From NCBI GenBank assembly GCA_934162255.1, contig CAKPIG010000003.1, positions 84,665 through 148,664 of the forward strand: 64,000 bases of DNA. The letters run 5' to 3'. Within the stretch, counting starts at the first letter, position 1. Each line of letters opens with the position of its first letter. The notes under the pieces were generated by a model, which had not been told where the DNA came from, did not search any database, and saw nothing but the letters and a program-made list of their open reading frames with translations. This DNA is from an uncultured Clostridia bacterium. GTDB lineage: Bacteria > Bacillota > Clostridia > TANB77 > CAG-508. This document shows positions 29,004-38,253 of the stretch, piece after piece. A program made the translations under genes and the position numbers.

Positions 29004-29066
29004 CTAATATATTGGACAAAATAAAAATAATGTGATATATTATCGAAAAAAGAAGGAGGAAATTGT

Positions 29067-29615
29067 ATGGAATATTTGGAACAAATATTAAAAAAAACAG
29101 GATGGAGCTCACTCATATCATCTGTAGTTTTTGCAATACTTGGAATAATATTAATTAATAATCCAGATGAAACAGTAAAATTTGTATCATGGATATTAGG
29201 AATCATGTTTATACTAGTAGGAGTATACAAAATAATAAATTATGTGGCTGACAAAGGAAAATATGATTTTTATGATTACAATATGGCATTTGGAATTATT
29301 GCAATATTATTTGGAATTATAACTATAGCATATAGTAAGCAAATTGGTTCAATATTCAGAATAATAATAGGATTATGGATAATGTATAGCTCTATCATAA
29401 GAATGAACTTAGCATTTAAATTAAGAACTATAAATACTAATGTATGGTTATATAGTTTAATAATTGCTTTTGCAATGCTTTTATGTGGAACATATGCAGT
29501 ATTTAACAAAGGTGCAATAATTGTAACAGTTGGAATTATAATTTTAATTTATTCTATACTAGACATTGTTGAAAGCATAATATTCTTAAAGAACATAAAT
29601 GATATATCTAAATAA
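29067..29615 (+). CDS. HdeD/DUF308-family membrane protein
   Basis: Repeated hydrophobic hairpins with GWSSLISSVVFAILGIILI and a Y(S/A)I-type pattern. GGAGG RBS. Confidence 0.6.
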   Translation: MEYLEQILKKTGWSSLISSVVFAILGIILINNPDETVKFVSWILGIMFILVGVYKIINYVADKGKYDFYDYNMAFGIIAILFGIITIAYSKQIGSIFRIIIGLWIMYSSIIRMNLAFKLRTINTNVWLYSLIIAFAMLLCGTYAVFNKGAIIVTVGIIILIYSILDIVESIIFLKNINDISK

Positions 29616-29618
29616 ATT

Positions 29619-29646
29619 AAAGCAGTAGTTGTTTTCTACTGCTTTT
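29619..29646 (+). terminator. Intrinsic terminator
   Basis: AAAGCAGTAG / CTACTGCTTT 10-bp stem followed by a T-run. Confidence 0.8.
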
Positions 29647-29686
29647 AATGCTATAATGCATGTGAATATGAAAAAGGAGGAAAAAA

Positions 29687-30232
29687 ATGAGAAAAGACAT
29701 AGAGAAAATGCAATTTTTACCACTTCCAGTTTTAATTATTGGAACATATGATAAACAAGGAAAAGCTAATGCAATGAATGCTGCATGGGGAGGAATTTAT
29801 GATCATGGACATATTTTTATATCGCTTTCAAAACATAAAACAACAGAAAATTTAGAAATGAAAAAAGCATTCACAGTTAGTTTTGCAACAAAAGAAACAG
29901 AAATGATTTCAGACTATTTTGGAGTTGCTTCTGGAAGAAATGAAGATAAAATAGAAAAATCAGGAGTTCATGTAACAAAATCAAATTTTGTAGATGCACC
30001 AATAATAGAAGAATATCCACTAACATTAGAATGTACAGTAGAATCATTTGAAGGTGGAAACCTAATAGGTAAAGTTGAAAATTGTTCAATAGATGAAAAA
30101 TACATAGATGAAAATGGAAAAATAGATATAGATAAGATGGAACTAATAACATATGATATGACAGACAATACATATAGAGTACTTGGAGGAATTGTAGGCA
30201 AAGCATTTTCGGATGGATTGAAACTTGAATAG
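29687..30232 (+). CDS. Flavin reductase-like (flavoredoxin) domain protein
   Basis: LPLPVLIIGTYDKQGKANAMNAAWGG is typical of the flavin reductase-like FMN-binding fold. AGGAGG RBS. Confidence 0.7.
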   Translation: MRKDIEKMQFLPLPVLIIGTYDKQGKANAMNAAWGGIYDHGHIFISLSKHKTTENLEMKKAFTVSFATKETEMISDYFGVASGRNEDKIEKSGVHVTKSNFVDAPIIEEYPLTLECTVESFEGGNLIGKVENCSIDEKYIDENGKIDIDKMELITYDMTDNTYRVLGGIVGKAFSDGLKLE

Positions 30233-30234
30233 AA

Positions 30235-30278
30235 TGTAATATTTTTGTAATATTAATGTAATAAAAATGTAATATTTG
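30235..30278. repeat. Four direct TGTAATA repeats with exact 11-bp periodicity
   Basis: TGTAATA starts at 30235, 30246, 30257 and 30268. Each unit ends in an A/T tract. Confidence 0.85.
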
Positions 30279-30318
30279 ATATAAACCTAGAAATAATTGA
30301 ATATGATATAAAAAAATA

Positions 30319-30346
30319 AAAAGCTGTTGCAATTGCAACAGCTTTT
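30319..30346. terminator. Perfect palindromic (bidirectional-type) terminator
   Basis: AAAAGCTGTTGC-AATT-GCAACAGCTTTT, a 12-bp stem. Confidence 0.8.
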
Positions 30347-30398
30347 GCTAATAACTGATATATAATCAAACCATAAACTGAAAAAGGAGAGATGTTGT

Positions 30399-32558
30399 AT
30401 GAAAATAATAAAAAGAGATGGAACAACAGTAGAATATGATGCAGAAAAAATCAGGATAGCAATTGGAAAAGCAAATGATGAAGTTAGTAAAAAAGAAAGG
30501 GTTACAAAAGAAGAAATTGAAAAAATAATAAAATTTATAGAAGAATTAGGCAAAAAAAGAATATTAGTAGAAGACATACAAGATATCATAGAAGAAAAAT
30601 TAATGGAACTACAAAAATATCAATTAGCAAAAAAATATATAACATATAGATATACAAGAGAATTAGTTAGAAAAGCAAATACAACAGATCAATCAATAAA
30701 AGAATTAATTGATGGAGAAAGCGAATATTGGAATAATGAAAATTCAAATAAAAATGCAAAGGTAGTAACAACACAAAGAGACTATATGGCAGGAATAACA
30801 AGTACAGATATAACAAGGAGATTTTTACTTCCAGAAGATATAGTAAAAGCACATGATGAAGGAGTAATTCATTTCCATGATGCAGACTATTTTGCACAAA
30901 ATGCATTACACAATTGTGACTTAATAAACTTAGAAGATATGCTACAAAATGGAACAAATATTAATGGAGTAATGATTGAAAAACCACATAGATTTTTAAC
31001 TGCAATGACAATTGCAACACAAATAATAACAGCAGTAACTTCAAGCCAATATGGTGGAGCAACAGTAACAATGACACATTTAGCTCCATTTGTAAGAGAC
31101 AGCTATAATGCATATTTGAAAAAATATAAAGAAAGAAATCTAAGTAAAGAACAATGCGAAAAATTTGCAAAAGAAGATTTAAATAAAGAAATAAAAGATG
31201 GAGTACAAACATTCCAATATCAAATAAATTCAATGACAACTACAAATGGACAATCACCATTTTTAAGTGTATGCTTCTATTTAGGAGAAACTAAAGAATA
31301 CAAAGAAGAACTTGCTATGATAATAGAAGAATTTTTAAATCAAAGAATATTAGGAATGAAAAATGAAAAAGGAGTATATATAACACCAGCATTTCCAAAA
31401 TTGTTATATGTACTAGAAGAAGACAATATCCATGAAAATAGCAAATATTATTATTTAACCAAATTAGCTGCAAAATGTACAGCAAAAAGAATGGTTCCTG
31501 ATTATATATCAGAAAAGAAAATGCTAGAATATAAAATTGATAAAAATGGAAACGGAAATTGCTATCCATGTATGGGATGTAGATCATTCTTAACACCATA
31601 TGTTGACCCAGAAACAAATAAACCAAAATATTATGGAAGATTCAACCAAGGTGTAGTAACAATAAATTTAGTAGATGTTGCATTATCATCTAAAAAAGAT
31701 GTAAATAAATTCTGGAAAATATATGATGAAAGACTAGAACTATGTCATAGAGCATTGCAAGCTAGACACGAAAGACTTGCAAAAGCAACAAGTGATGTTG
31801 CACCAATATTATGGCAATATGGAGCTCTAGCAAGATTGAAAAAAGGAGAATCAATACATAAATTACTACATGATGGATATTCAACAATATCATTAGGATA
31901 TGCAGGACTATATGAATGTGTTAAATATATGACAGGGCATAGCCATACTGACAATGGAGATGGTAAAGAATTTGCAATAGAAGTTATGCAAAAATTAAAT
32001 GACAAATGCAAAGAATGGAAAGAACAAGAAAATATTGACTATAGCGTATATGGAACACCAATTGAATCAACAACATATAAATTTGCAAAATGTCTAAGAA
32101 AAAGATTTGGAACAATTGAAGGAATTACAGATAGAGATTATATAACAAATTCATATCATGTACCAGTATTTGAAGAAATAGACGCATTTACAAAATTAAA
32201 ATTAGAAAGCGAATTCCAAAGATTAAGTCCAGGTGGAGCAATTTCATATATAGAAACACCAAACCTACAAAATAACTTAGATGTAGTACTTCAAGTAATA
32301 AAATTCATATATGACAACATAATGTATGCAGAACTAAATACCAAATCAGACTACTGCCAAAAATGTGGATTTGATGGAGAAATATTAATTGATGATAATC
32401 TAGAATGGTATTGCCCAAATTGTGGGAATAGAGACCACAACACATTAAATGTTGCAAGAAGAACATGTGGATATATAGGAAGCAATTTCTGGAACAAAGG
32501 AAGAACTCAAGAAATAAAAGAACGAGTATTACACATTGATAATAAGGATGATGAATAA
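30399..32558 (+). CDS. nrdD: Anaerobic ribonucleoside-triphosphate reductase
   Basis: N-terminal ATP-cone (IIKRDGT), C-terminal Zn ribbon CQKCG...CPNCG and glycyl-radical motif RRTCGYIG. Confidence 0.95.
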   Translation: MKIIKRDGTTVEYDAEKIRIAIGKANDEVSKKERVTKEEIEKIIKFIEELGKKRILVEDIQDIIEEKLMELQKYQLAKKYITYRYTRELVRKANTTDQSIKELIDGESEYWNNENSNKNAKVVTTQRDYMAGITSTDITRRFLLPEDIVKAHDEGVIHFHDADYFAQNALHNCDLINLEDMLQNGTNINGVMIEKPHRFLTAMTIATQIITAVTSSQYGGATVTMTHLAPFVRDSYNAYLKKYKERNLSKEQCEKFAKEDLNKEIKDGVQTFQYQINSMTTTNGQSPFLSVCFYLGETKEYKEELAMIIEEFLNQRILGMKNEKGVYITPAFPKLLYVLEEDNIHENSKYYYLTKLAAKCTAKRMVPDYISEKKMLEYKIDKNGNGNCYPCMGCRSFLTPYVDPETNKPKYYGRFNQGVVTINLVDVALSSKKDVNKFWKIYDERLELCHRALQARHERLAKATSDVAPILWQYGALARLKKGESIHKLLHDGYSTISLGYAGLYECVKYMTGHSHTDNGDGKEFAIEVMQKLNDKCKEWKEQENIDYSVYGTPIESTTYKFAKCLRKRFGTIEGITDRDYITNSYHVPVFEEIDAFTKLKLESEFQRLSPGGAISYIETPNLQNNLDVVLQVIKFIYDNIMYAELNTKSDYCQKCGFDGEILIDDNLEWYCPNCGNRDHNTLNVARRTCGYIGSNFWNKGRTQEIKERVLHIDNKDDE

Positions 32559-33031
32559 TGAGATATAATAAAATTAGAAAAATGGACATTTCAAATGGCC
32601 CAGGAGTAAGAGTATCAATATTTATGCAAGGATGTGCATTTAACTGTCAAAACTGTTTCAATCAAGAAACACATGATTTTAATGGAGGAAAAGAATTTAC
32701 AGATGAAACAATACAAAGAGTTTTAGAACTATGTAACAATGAAAATATTGTAGGACTATCAATATTAGGAGGAGAACCAATGCATCCTAAAAATATTGAA
32801 GGAACAACCAAACTTGCAAAAGCATTTAAAGAAAAATTTCCTAATAAAACATTGTGGGCATGGACAGGCTATAACTATGATAAAGATATAAAAGAAAAAG
32901 AAATAACAAAATACTTAGATGTACTTGTAGATGGTCAATATATCGATAAGCTAAGAAATCCTAATTTGGAGTGGAGAGGCTCATCAAACCAAAGAGTAAT
33001 TAATTTAAAAAATAATGGTTGCAAAATATAA
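32558..33031 (+). CDS. nrdG: Anaerobic RNR activating protein (radical SAM)
   Basis: GCAFNCQNCFN cluster motif. The start overlaps the nrdD stop by 1 nt. Confidence 0.9.
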   Translation: MRYNKIRKMDISNGPGVRVSIFMQGCAFNCQNCFNQETHDFNGGKEFTDETIQRVLELCNNENIVGLSILGGEPMHPKNIEGTTKLAKAFKEKFPNKTLWAWTGYNYDKDIKEKEITKYLDVLVDGQYIDKLRNPNLEWRGSSNQRVINLKNNGCKI

Positions 33032-33073
33032 AATTTAATGTTATTATGATAAAAAAGTAAAGGGGTAGATGAA

Positions 33074-33772
33074 GTGAAGAAAAAAATTATTATAATAATA
33101 GCAGTTATTATCATATTAATAGCAGGAGGCTTTGGTTATTCAGTAATTGCTGACATAAAACAAGAAAAAAAACTAAATGAAGAACTAGAAAACATAAATA
33201 TTATAGTAGATGACATGGAAAAATTAGATACACAAAAAGTTTATGAAGCTCTAGAAAGAACAGTAACTAAAGGAGATTATGGAGTAGTAGAGAAGGCATA
33301 TAAAGACTATGTAAAAGGCTATTTTGATAATATTGTAAACATATTAGATGTATTAAATGATGAAAAATTAACCCAAATTCTATCAGCAGAAAACTATAAA
33401 AAAGATGGACCAGAATTCACAAATACAAAATTATATATTACAGAAACAAGAACAAAATTAGAAGCATATAAAGAAATATATTCAGAATTCTTCACAGAAG
33501 AAGAAGCAATGTCTTACATAAATGATAAAGGACTTGACTCATATTATATAGACTTATATAAAAATGAAATAGTTGGAGACATAGAAAAAGAAAACGAAGA
33601 CAAGACTGTAGAAAAATCAATTGATGAAATAATTCAATTATTAGATTCTTCTGAAAACATAATAGACTTTTTAGCTGCAAATAAAAAATCATGGAAAATA
33701 GAAGGCGACGAAATAACATTTTACAAAGATTCATTAGCAGATGAATATAATGCATTGATTTCAGAAATGTAA
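33074..33772 (+). CDS. Hypothetical N-terminally membrane-anchored protein
   Basis: GTG start 8 nt after AAGGGG. One N-terminal TM segment, then a charged helical region. Confidence 0.55.
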   Translation: MKKKIIIIIAVIIILIAGGFGYSVIADIKQEKKLNEELENINIIVDDMEKLDTQKVYEALERTVTKGDYGVVEKAYKDYVKGYFDNIVNILDVLNDEKLTQILSAENYKKDGPEFTNTKLYITETRTKLEAYKEIYSEFFTEEEAMSYINDKGLDSYYIDLYKNEIVGDIEKENEDKTVEKSIDEIIQLLDSSENIIDFLAANKKSWKIEGDEITFYKDSLADEYNALISEM

Positions 33773-33777
33773 AAAAG

Positions 33778-33809
33778 AAGGATTACAAGCAAAATTGTAA
33801 TCCTTTATT
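33778..33809 (+). terminator. Intrinsic terminator
   Basis: AAGGATTACAA / TTGTAATCCTT 11-bp stem followed by TATT. Confidence 0.75.
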
Positions 33810-33827
33810 ATATAGGGAGGATTTTAA

Positions 33828-34916
33828 ATGAAAAAAGGATTAAAAATAATAATATTAATAATTATAATTGCAATATTAATATTTGGAGGATACAAAATCA
33901 CAGAAAATAGAAAAACAACTATTAGCAAAAATAATAATAGTAGTGAAAAATCAAATATGGATATAATTTTATCATTAGAAGATAAAATGTCAGAAAATTC
34001 AGCATGGTGTGGAACATTTAACCTTATATGGAACGACTTGAAAAATGACTTAGCAAAACAAGACATAGTATTTACACCTCAAACAGAAGTAGTTGAAAAT
34101 CTAAACAAAGGAACATTCAATACTTCAAAAATATCTGATAAAAGTTATTATAAAGTATACGGAAGACCAACACTTGAATTAAAAAAACAAATTGAAAATG
34201 CAATAAAAGAAAAATTTAATGAAACAAGTGACATACTAGATAGCTTCAATTGGAACAATTCAGGAGAAAATGACTACTTTTTATATGCAATGTTAAAAAA
34301 AGAGTTTGAATTCCCAAAAGTGTTTACAAAATTCGAAAATCAAAAATTTGGAGAATATGAAAATGTAAAATATTTTGGAATTGATAATACAACAGACGAA
34401 CAAGTAAGAGATCAAGTAAAAGTATTATATTACAATTCTAAAGAAGATTTTGCAATAAAACTAATCACAAAAACAGATGATGAAGTAATAATTTCAAAAG
34501 GTAGCAATGCAAGTAGCTTTATAGAAGCTTATGAAAAAATTAATGAAAATTCAGAAAATTATAAAGGTAGCAAAATTTTATTAGAAAACGAAAATGTTAA
34601 AATCCCTAACATTGATTTTAAACTTGAAAAAGACATTGACGAAGTAGAAGGAAAACCATTTCGTTTTTCAGATGGAAGAGAATATCAAATAGATAAAGCT
34701 TTACAAACAATACAATTTTCATTAGATGAAAAAGGTGGAAAAATTAAAAGTGAAGCAGGAATGATGGTAAAAGAAACCGCAATTTTACAGCCAGAAGAAA
34801 AAAGAGAATTTGTTGTAGATAGTGCATTTTGCATATTCTTGAAAGAAAAAGATAAAGATTTACCATATTTTGCAGCTCAAATAACAGATATTTCACAAGT
34901 GCAAAAGTTAAAATAA
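33828..34916 (+). CDS. Divergent serpin-like protein with an N-terminal membrane anchor
   Basis: The C-terminal pattern QFSLDEKGGKIKSEAG...REFVVDSAFCIFLKEKD..PYFAAQITD parallels the serpin pattern EEGTEA...F.ADHPF.F.I....PLF.G. The mid-region DYFLYAMLKKEFEFPKVF resembles LVLVNAIYFKG.W...F. Confidence 0.5.
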   Translation: MKKGLKIIILIIIIAILIFGGYKITENRKTTISKNNNSSEKSNMDIILSLEDKMSENSAWCGTFNLIWNDLKNDLAKQDIVFTPQTEVVENLNKGTFNTSKISDKSYYKVYGRPTLELKKQIENAIKEKFNETSDILDSFNWNNSGENDYFLYAMLKKEFEFPKVFTKFENQKFGEYENVKYFGIDNTTDEQVRDQVKVLYYNSKEDFAIKLITKTDDEVIISKGSNASSFIEAYEKINENSENYKGSKILLENENVKIPNIDFKLEKDIDEVEGKPFRFSDGREYQIDKALQTIQFSLDEKGGKIKSEAGMMVKETAILQPEEKREFVVDSAFCIFLKEKDKDLPYFAAQITDISQVQKLK

Positions 34917-34934
34917 ATATTGAAAAAAGAATAT

Positions 34935-34986
34935 AAGATAGCAATAAAAAGCTGAAATAAATAGGTTTACTATTGCTATCTTTTTT
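34935..34986 (+). terminator. Intrinsic terminator (long loop)
   Basis: AAGATAGCAAT / ATTGCTATCTT 11-bp stem, 26-nt loop, T6 tract. Confidence 0.55.
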
Positions 34987-35011
34987 GTGCTTATAAGAAT
35001 TTTTGAATTTG

Positions 35012-35039
35012 TTGACAAAATAATGTAAATAGGTATAAA
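35012..35039 (+). promoter_or_regulatory. Sigma-A type promoter
   Basis: TTGACA at 35012-35017, 16-nt spacer, TATAAA at 35034-35039. Confidence 0.5.
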
Positions 35040-35093
35040 ATAAAACAAAACGTTTTAAAATAAATGCATCAAAAGATGAAAGGAAAGAGTAAA

Positions 35094-36242
35094 ATGCAAG
35101 AAAAAAGAGGAATAAGAGGAGTTACATTAATAGCATTAGTAGTAACAATAGTGGTGTTACTAATTTTAGCAGGAGTAGCAATAGCAATGCTAAGAGGACA
35201 AAATGGAATACTAAGTGAAGCAGAGAGTGCAAAAACAGCAACAGAAAATAAAGGAGCAGAGGAAAAAGTAGGACTAGCAATATCAGCAGCAAAAGCAAAA
35301 GGATTGGGAACACTAGAAGTAGAGAAATTAAAAGAAGAAATAGAAAATAATTATGGAGGAACTATAGCAGGAACAAATTTTCCAATAACAGTAACAATAG
35401 GTGAACAAGCATTTATAGTAAAAGAGGATGGAACAATAGTAGTTGCAAAAGAAGCAAGTATAGGAAGTTATGTGGAATATGATATGACATATATAGATAT
35501 GTATTCAGGCCAAGAATATACAGCAACAAATGGCTGGAGATATATAGGAAGAGATGATGCAGGAAATCAACTAATAGTGAGTACAGGAATACCAGCAATA
35601 TTGTATTATGATTATAATAATAATATAGGAAATCAAGCAGATGAAGGAGCAAATAGTTGGTGGGCAACAAAAAAAGAAATAAGCTTAATAGCAGACACAT
35701 TATATAAAACAGATAAAGGATATGATTATAATACAGATAATGGAGAACCAAACAAATATGCAGCATATGGAATGAGATATAAATTTAAAAATATACCATT
35801 TTCATATCAAGCAACTGGAACAAATGTAAGTACAGCTAATACAGGAATATTTAGAAAAGTAGGAGATATAACAAGTGGAGAAAATATAAGTTTAAACTTT
35901 AAAGCAAATGAAGCAGAAGTTGTAGATGTACACAATTTAACATTAACAGAATTAAATAGAGCAACAAATAAAGCAAATGCAATAAGTAGAGAAGATACAA
36001 ATATAGATTCAGGATTTAAAGATTTAGAAGGAACAGCAGAAGGGTTATTTGATATGCAAAAATTAGATGGATATACACGAGATTACCGTTATTGGTTGGC
36101 TTTACCTAATGCGAGCAGTAGGTATGGTGTGTACAGTGTGCATTATGACGATAGTAACATTGGTAGCACCATTAGTGGCTATCTTGGAGTTAGACCAGTA
36201 GTTTGTCTAAAATCTGATGTTCAATTAATAGTAGTAGACTAA
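35094..36242 (+). CDS. Pilin-like protein (prepilin-type N-terminus lacking Glu5) with a large C-terminal domain
   Basis: MQEKRGIRG / VTLIALVVTIVVLLILAGVAIAML resembles a class III signal plus hydrophobic helix. In-frame upstream ATGs at 35064 and 35076 are possible starts. Confidence 0.55.
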   Translation: MQEKRGIRGVTLIALVVTIVVLLILAGVAIAMLRGQNGILSEAESAKTATENKGAEEKVGLAISAAKAKGLGTLEVEKLKEEIENNYGGTIAGTNFPITVTIGEQAFIVKEDGTIVVAKEASIGSYVEYDMTYIDMYSGQEYTATNGWRYIGRDDAGNQLIVSTGIPAILYYDYNNNIGNQADEGANSWWATKKEISLIADTLYKTDKGYDYNTDNGEPNKYAAYGMRYKFKNIPFSYQATGTNVSTANTGIFRKVGDITSGENISLNFKANEAEVVDVHNLTLTELNRATNKANAISREDTNIDSGFKDLEGTAEGLFDMQKLDGYTRDYRYWLALPNASSRYGVYSVHYDDSNIGSTISGYLGVRPVVCLKSDVQLIVVD

Positions 36243-36292
36243 TCAAGCAAAGCAAAAAAATTAAAATGGAATATTAAAATAAATAAGAAAAA

Positions 36293-36323
36293 CAGTGTAA
36301 TTTAGTTGTTACACGGTTTTTTT
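36293..36323 (+). terminator. Intrinsic terminator
   Basis: CAGTGTAA / TTACACGG stem with one mismatch, followed by a T7 tract. Confidence 0.75.
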
Positions 36324-36361
36324 CATGAATACTTTATCCTGATAACTGATAAGTTATAAAA

Positions 36362-36390
36362 TTTGACGATTATACCGATATGGTATATAA
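36362..36390 (+). promoter_or_regulatory. Near-consensus sigma-A promoter
   Basis: TTGACG at 36362-36367, 17-nt spacer, TATAAT at 36385-36390. Confidence 0.6.
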
Positions 36391-36595
36391 TATGAGTATG
36401 ATTGTCAAGAAGAAGGAATGTTAATATCTGCAATGCGCGGAATTGATAGCAGAACTACTAGGAAAAAGGAATTTATTTAAAAAAATACTACACAAATATG
36501 AAATAATGTGATACAATAAAAGACGAAAATTATAAGATAAAGGGATAACAGCCTTAAAAATAGTAGAGTGAAAAATAAAAAGAGGAGGAAATAAT

Positions 36596-37321
36596 ATGTC
36601 AGGACATAGCAAATGGCACAATATACAAGCAAAAAAAGGAAAAGCAGATGCAGCAAGAGGAAAAGTATTTACTAAATTAGGAAGAGAATTACTAATTGCA
36701 GTAAAACAAGGTGGACCAGATCCTGCAGGAAATTCAAAATTAAAAGATGTAATTGCAAAATGTAAAGCTGCAAATATGCCAAATGATACAATAAATAATG
36801 CAATAAAAAAAGCATCAGGAGAAGGAAGTACAGCAACATATGAAGAAATAACATATGAAGGATATGGACCATGCGGTGTAGCAGTAATAGTAAATGCTAA
36901 TACAGATAACAGAAATAGAACAGCTGCAGATGTAAGACATGTATTTGACAAAGCTGGAGGAAATTTAGGAACAAATGGATGTGTATCATACATGTTTAAT
37001 AAAAAAGGAGTAATAGTTATTGAAAAAGCTTCAACATCAATGGATGAAGAAGAATTAATGATGTTAGCATTAGATGCAGGAGCAGAAGATTTTAATTCAT
37101 CTGAAGAAGTATATGAAATAACAACAGACCCATCTAATTTTTCAGAAGTAAGAGAAAAATTAGAAGAAGCTGGACTAACATTCTTAGAAGCAGATGTTCA
37201 AATGATACCAACGACAACAGTTGCATTAGATGATGCTGGTGTTGAAAAAATGGAAAGACTAATAGAAAGATTAGAAGAACTTGATGATGTAATGGATGTT
37301 TATCACAACTGGGAAGAATAA
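36596..37321 (+). CDS. yebC: YebC/PmpR-family transcriptional regulator
   Basis: [28 protein letters not shown] is the canonical YebC N-terminus. GAGGAGG RBS. Confidence 0.95.
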   Translation: MSGHSKWHNIQAKKGKADAARGKVFTKLGRELLIAVKQGGPDPAGNSKLKDVIAKCKAANMPNDTINNAIKKASGEGSTATYEEITYEGYGPCGVAVIVNANTDNRNRTAADVRHVFDKAGGNLGTNGCVSYMFNKKGVIVIEKASTSMDEEELMMLALDAGAEDFNSSEEVYEITTDPSNFSEVREKLEEAGLTFLEADVQMIPTTTVALDDAGVEKMERLIERLEELDDVMDVYHNWEE

Positions 37322-37348
37322 AAAAATAAGTTCTAAATTAAAAATAAG

Positions 37349-37377
37349 GAGCATATATTATATATATATGCTCTTTT
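37349..37377 (+). terminator. Intrinsic terminator
   Basis: GAGCATATAT / ATATATGCTC stem followed by TTTT. Confidence 0.75.
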
Positions 37378-37401
37378 AATGTGCATGAGAAAGGACAAAT
37401 T

Positions 37402-38235
37402 ATGTTGGAGTATCTGTCAACAAATATAAGAAGAGAACTTGAAAAAGATATGCAAGATGATATTGAGGAAATTAGATTAAGAAATAATAAAAAATTGACA
37501 TTAAAAATAGGAAGAAAATTAAAAACATTGGACTATATCGTAAATACTCAAGATGTATTGCAAACTTTTGAAAAAATATGTGAAAATTCAGTATATTCAT
37601 ATAGAAGGCAAATATGTGATGGATTTATAACTATAAGAGGTGGGCATAGAGTTGGAATAGTTGGAAGTGCTGTAATTGAAAATGGACAAGTTATAAATAT
37701 GAATTATATATCTAGTTTAAATTTTAGAATAGCTAGGCAAAAAATAGGATGCAGTAATAATATAATTGATGAACTCATAGGTCATAATACATTAATAATA
37801 TCTCCACCTGGTTGTGGTAAAACAACATTGTTAAGAGACATTATCAGGAACATCAGTAATAGAGGCTTTACTGTTGGAGTTGTAGATGAAAGAGGCGAAA
37901 TTGCAGCAATGTATAAAGGCATTCCTCAAAATGATATAGGAGAAAATACTGATGTTATAGATAATATTCCAAAAGATAGAGGAATGAGAATTCTTGTGCG
38001 TTCTATGTCGCCAGAAATAATAGCATGTGATGAAATAGGAAGCTATGAAGATGTGTGTGCAATTGATTATGCAATGTGCTCAGGTGTGAAGGGAATATTT
38101 ACAGCACATGGAGAGAATATAGAAGAAATAAATAAAAATCCGGAACTTTCAAAATTAATGCAAAAACACGTATTTGAAAGAATTGTTGTATTAAATCCTC
38201 AAAAATTAGGGGAGACAAGATGCATACATATATAA
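37402..38235 (+). CDS. spoIIIAA: Stage III sporulation protein AA (ATPase)
   Basis: Walker A PPGCGKTTLLRD and Walker B IIACDEIG. First of eight genes in canonical spoIIIA order. The track ORF starts at a GTG at 37381. Confidence 0.9.
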   Translation: MLEYLSTNIRRELEKDMQDDIEEIRLRNNKKLTLKIGRKLKTLDYIVNTQDVLQTFEKICENSVYSYRRQICDGFITIRGGHRVGIVGSAVIENGQVINMNYISSLNFRIARQKIGCSNNIIDELIGHNTLIISPPGCGKTTLLRDIIRNISNRGFTVGVVDERGEIAAMYKGIPQNDIGENTDVIDNIPKDRGMRILVRSMSPEIIACDEIGSYEDVCAIDYAMCSGVKGIFTAHGENIEEINKNPELSKLMQKHVFERIVVLNPQKLGETRCIHI

Positions 38236-38253
38236 ATATAAAGGAGACTGGTT

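Noticed and set aside
30233-30398. NrdR boxes or a B12 riboswitch upstream of nrdD
   Set aside because: No 16-bp palindrome close to the acaCwAtATaTwGtgt consensus could be aligned on either strand. The region is far too short and AT-rich for a cobalamin riboswitch.
37322-37401. Sigma-E promoter of the spoIIIA operon
   Set aside because: CATATATT and CATGAGAA-like elements are present, but their spacing does not fit the consensus. I cannot place the promoter with confidence.
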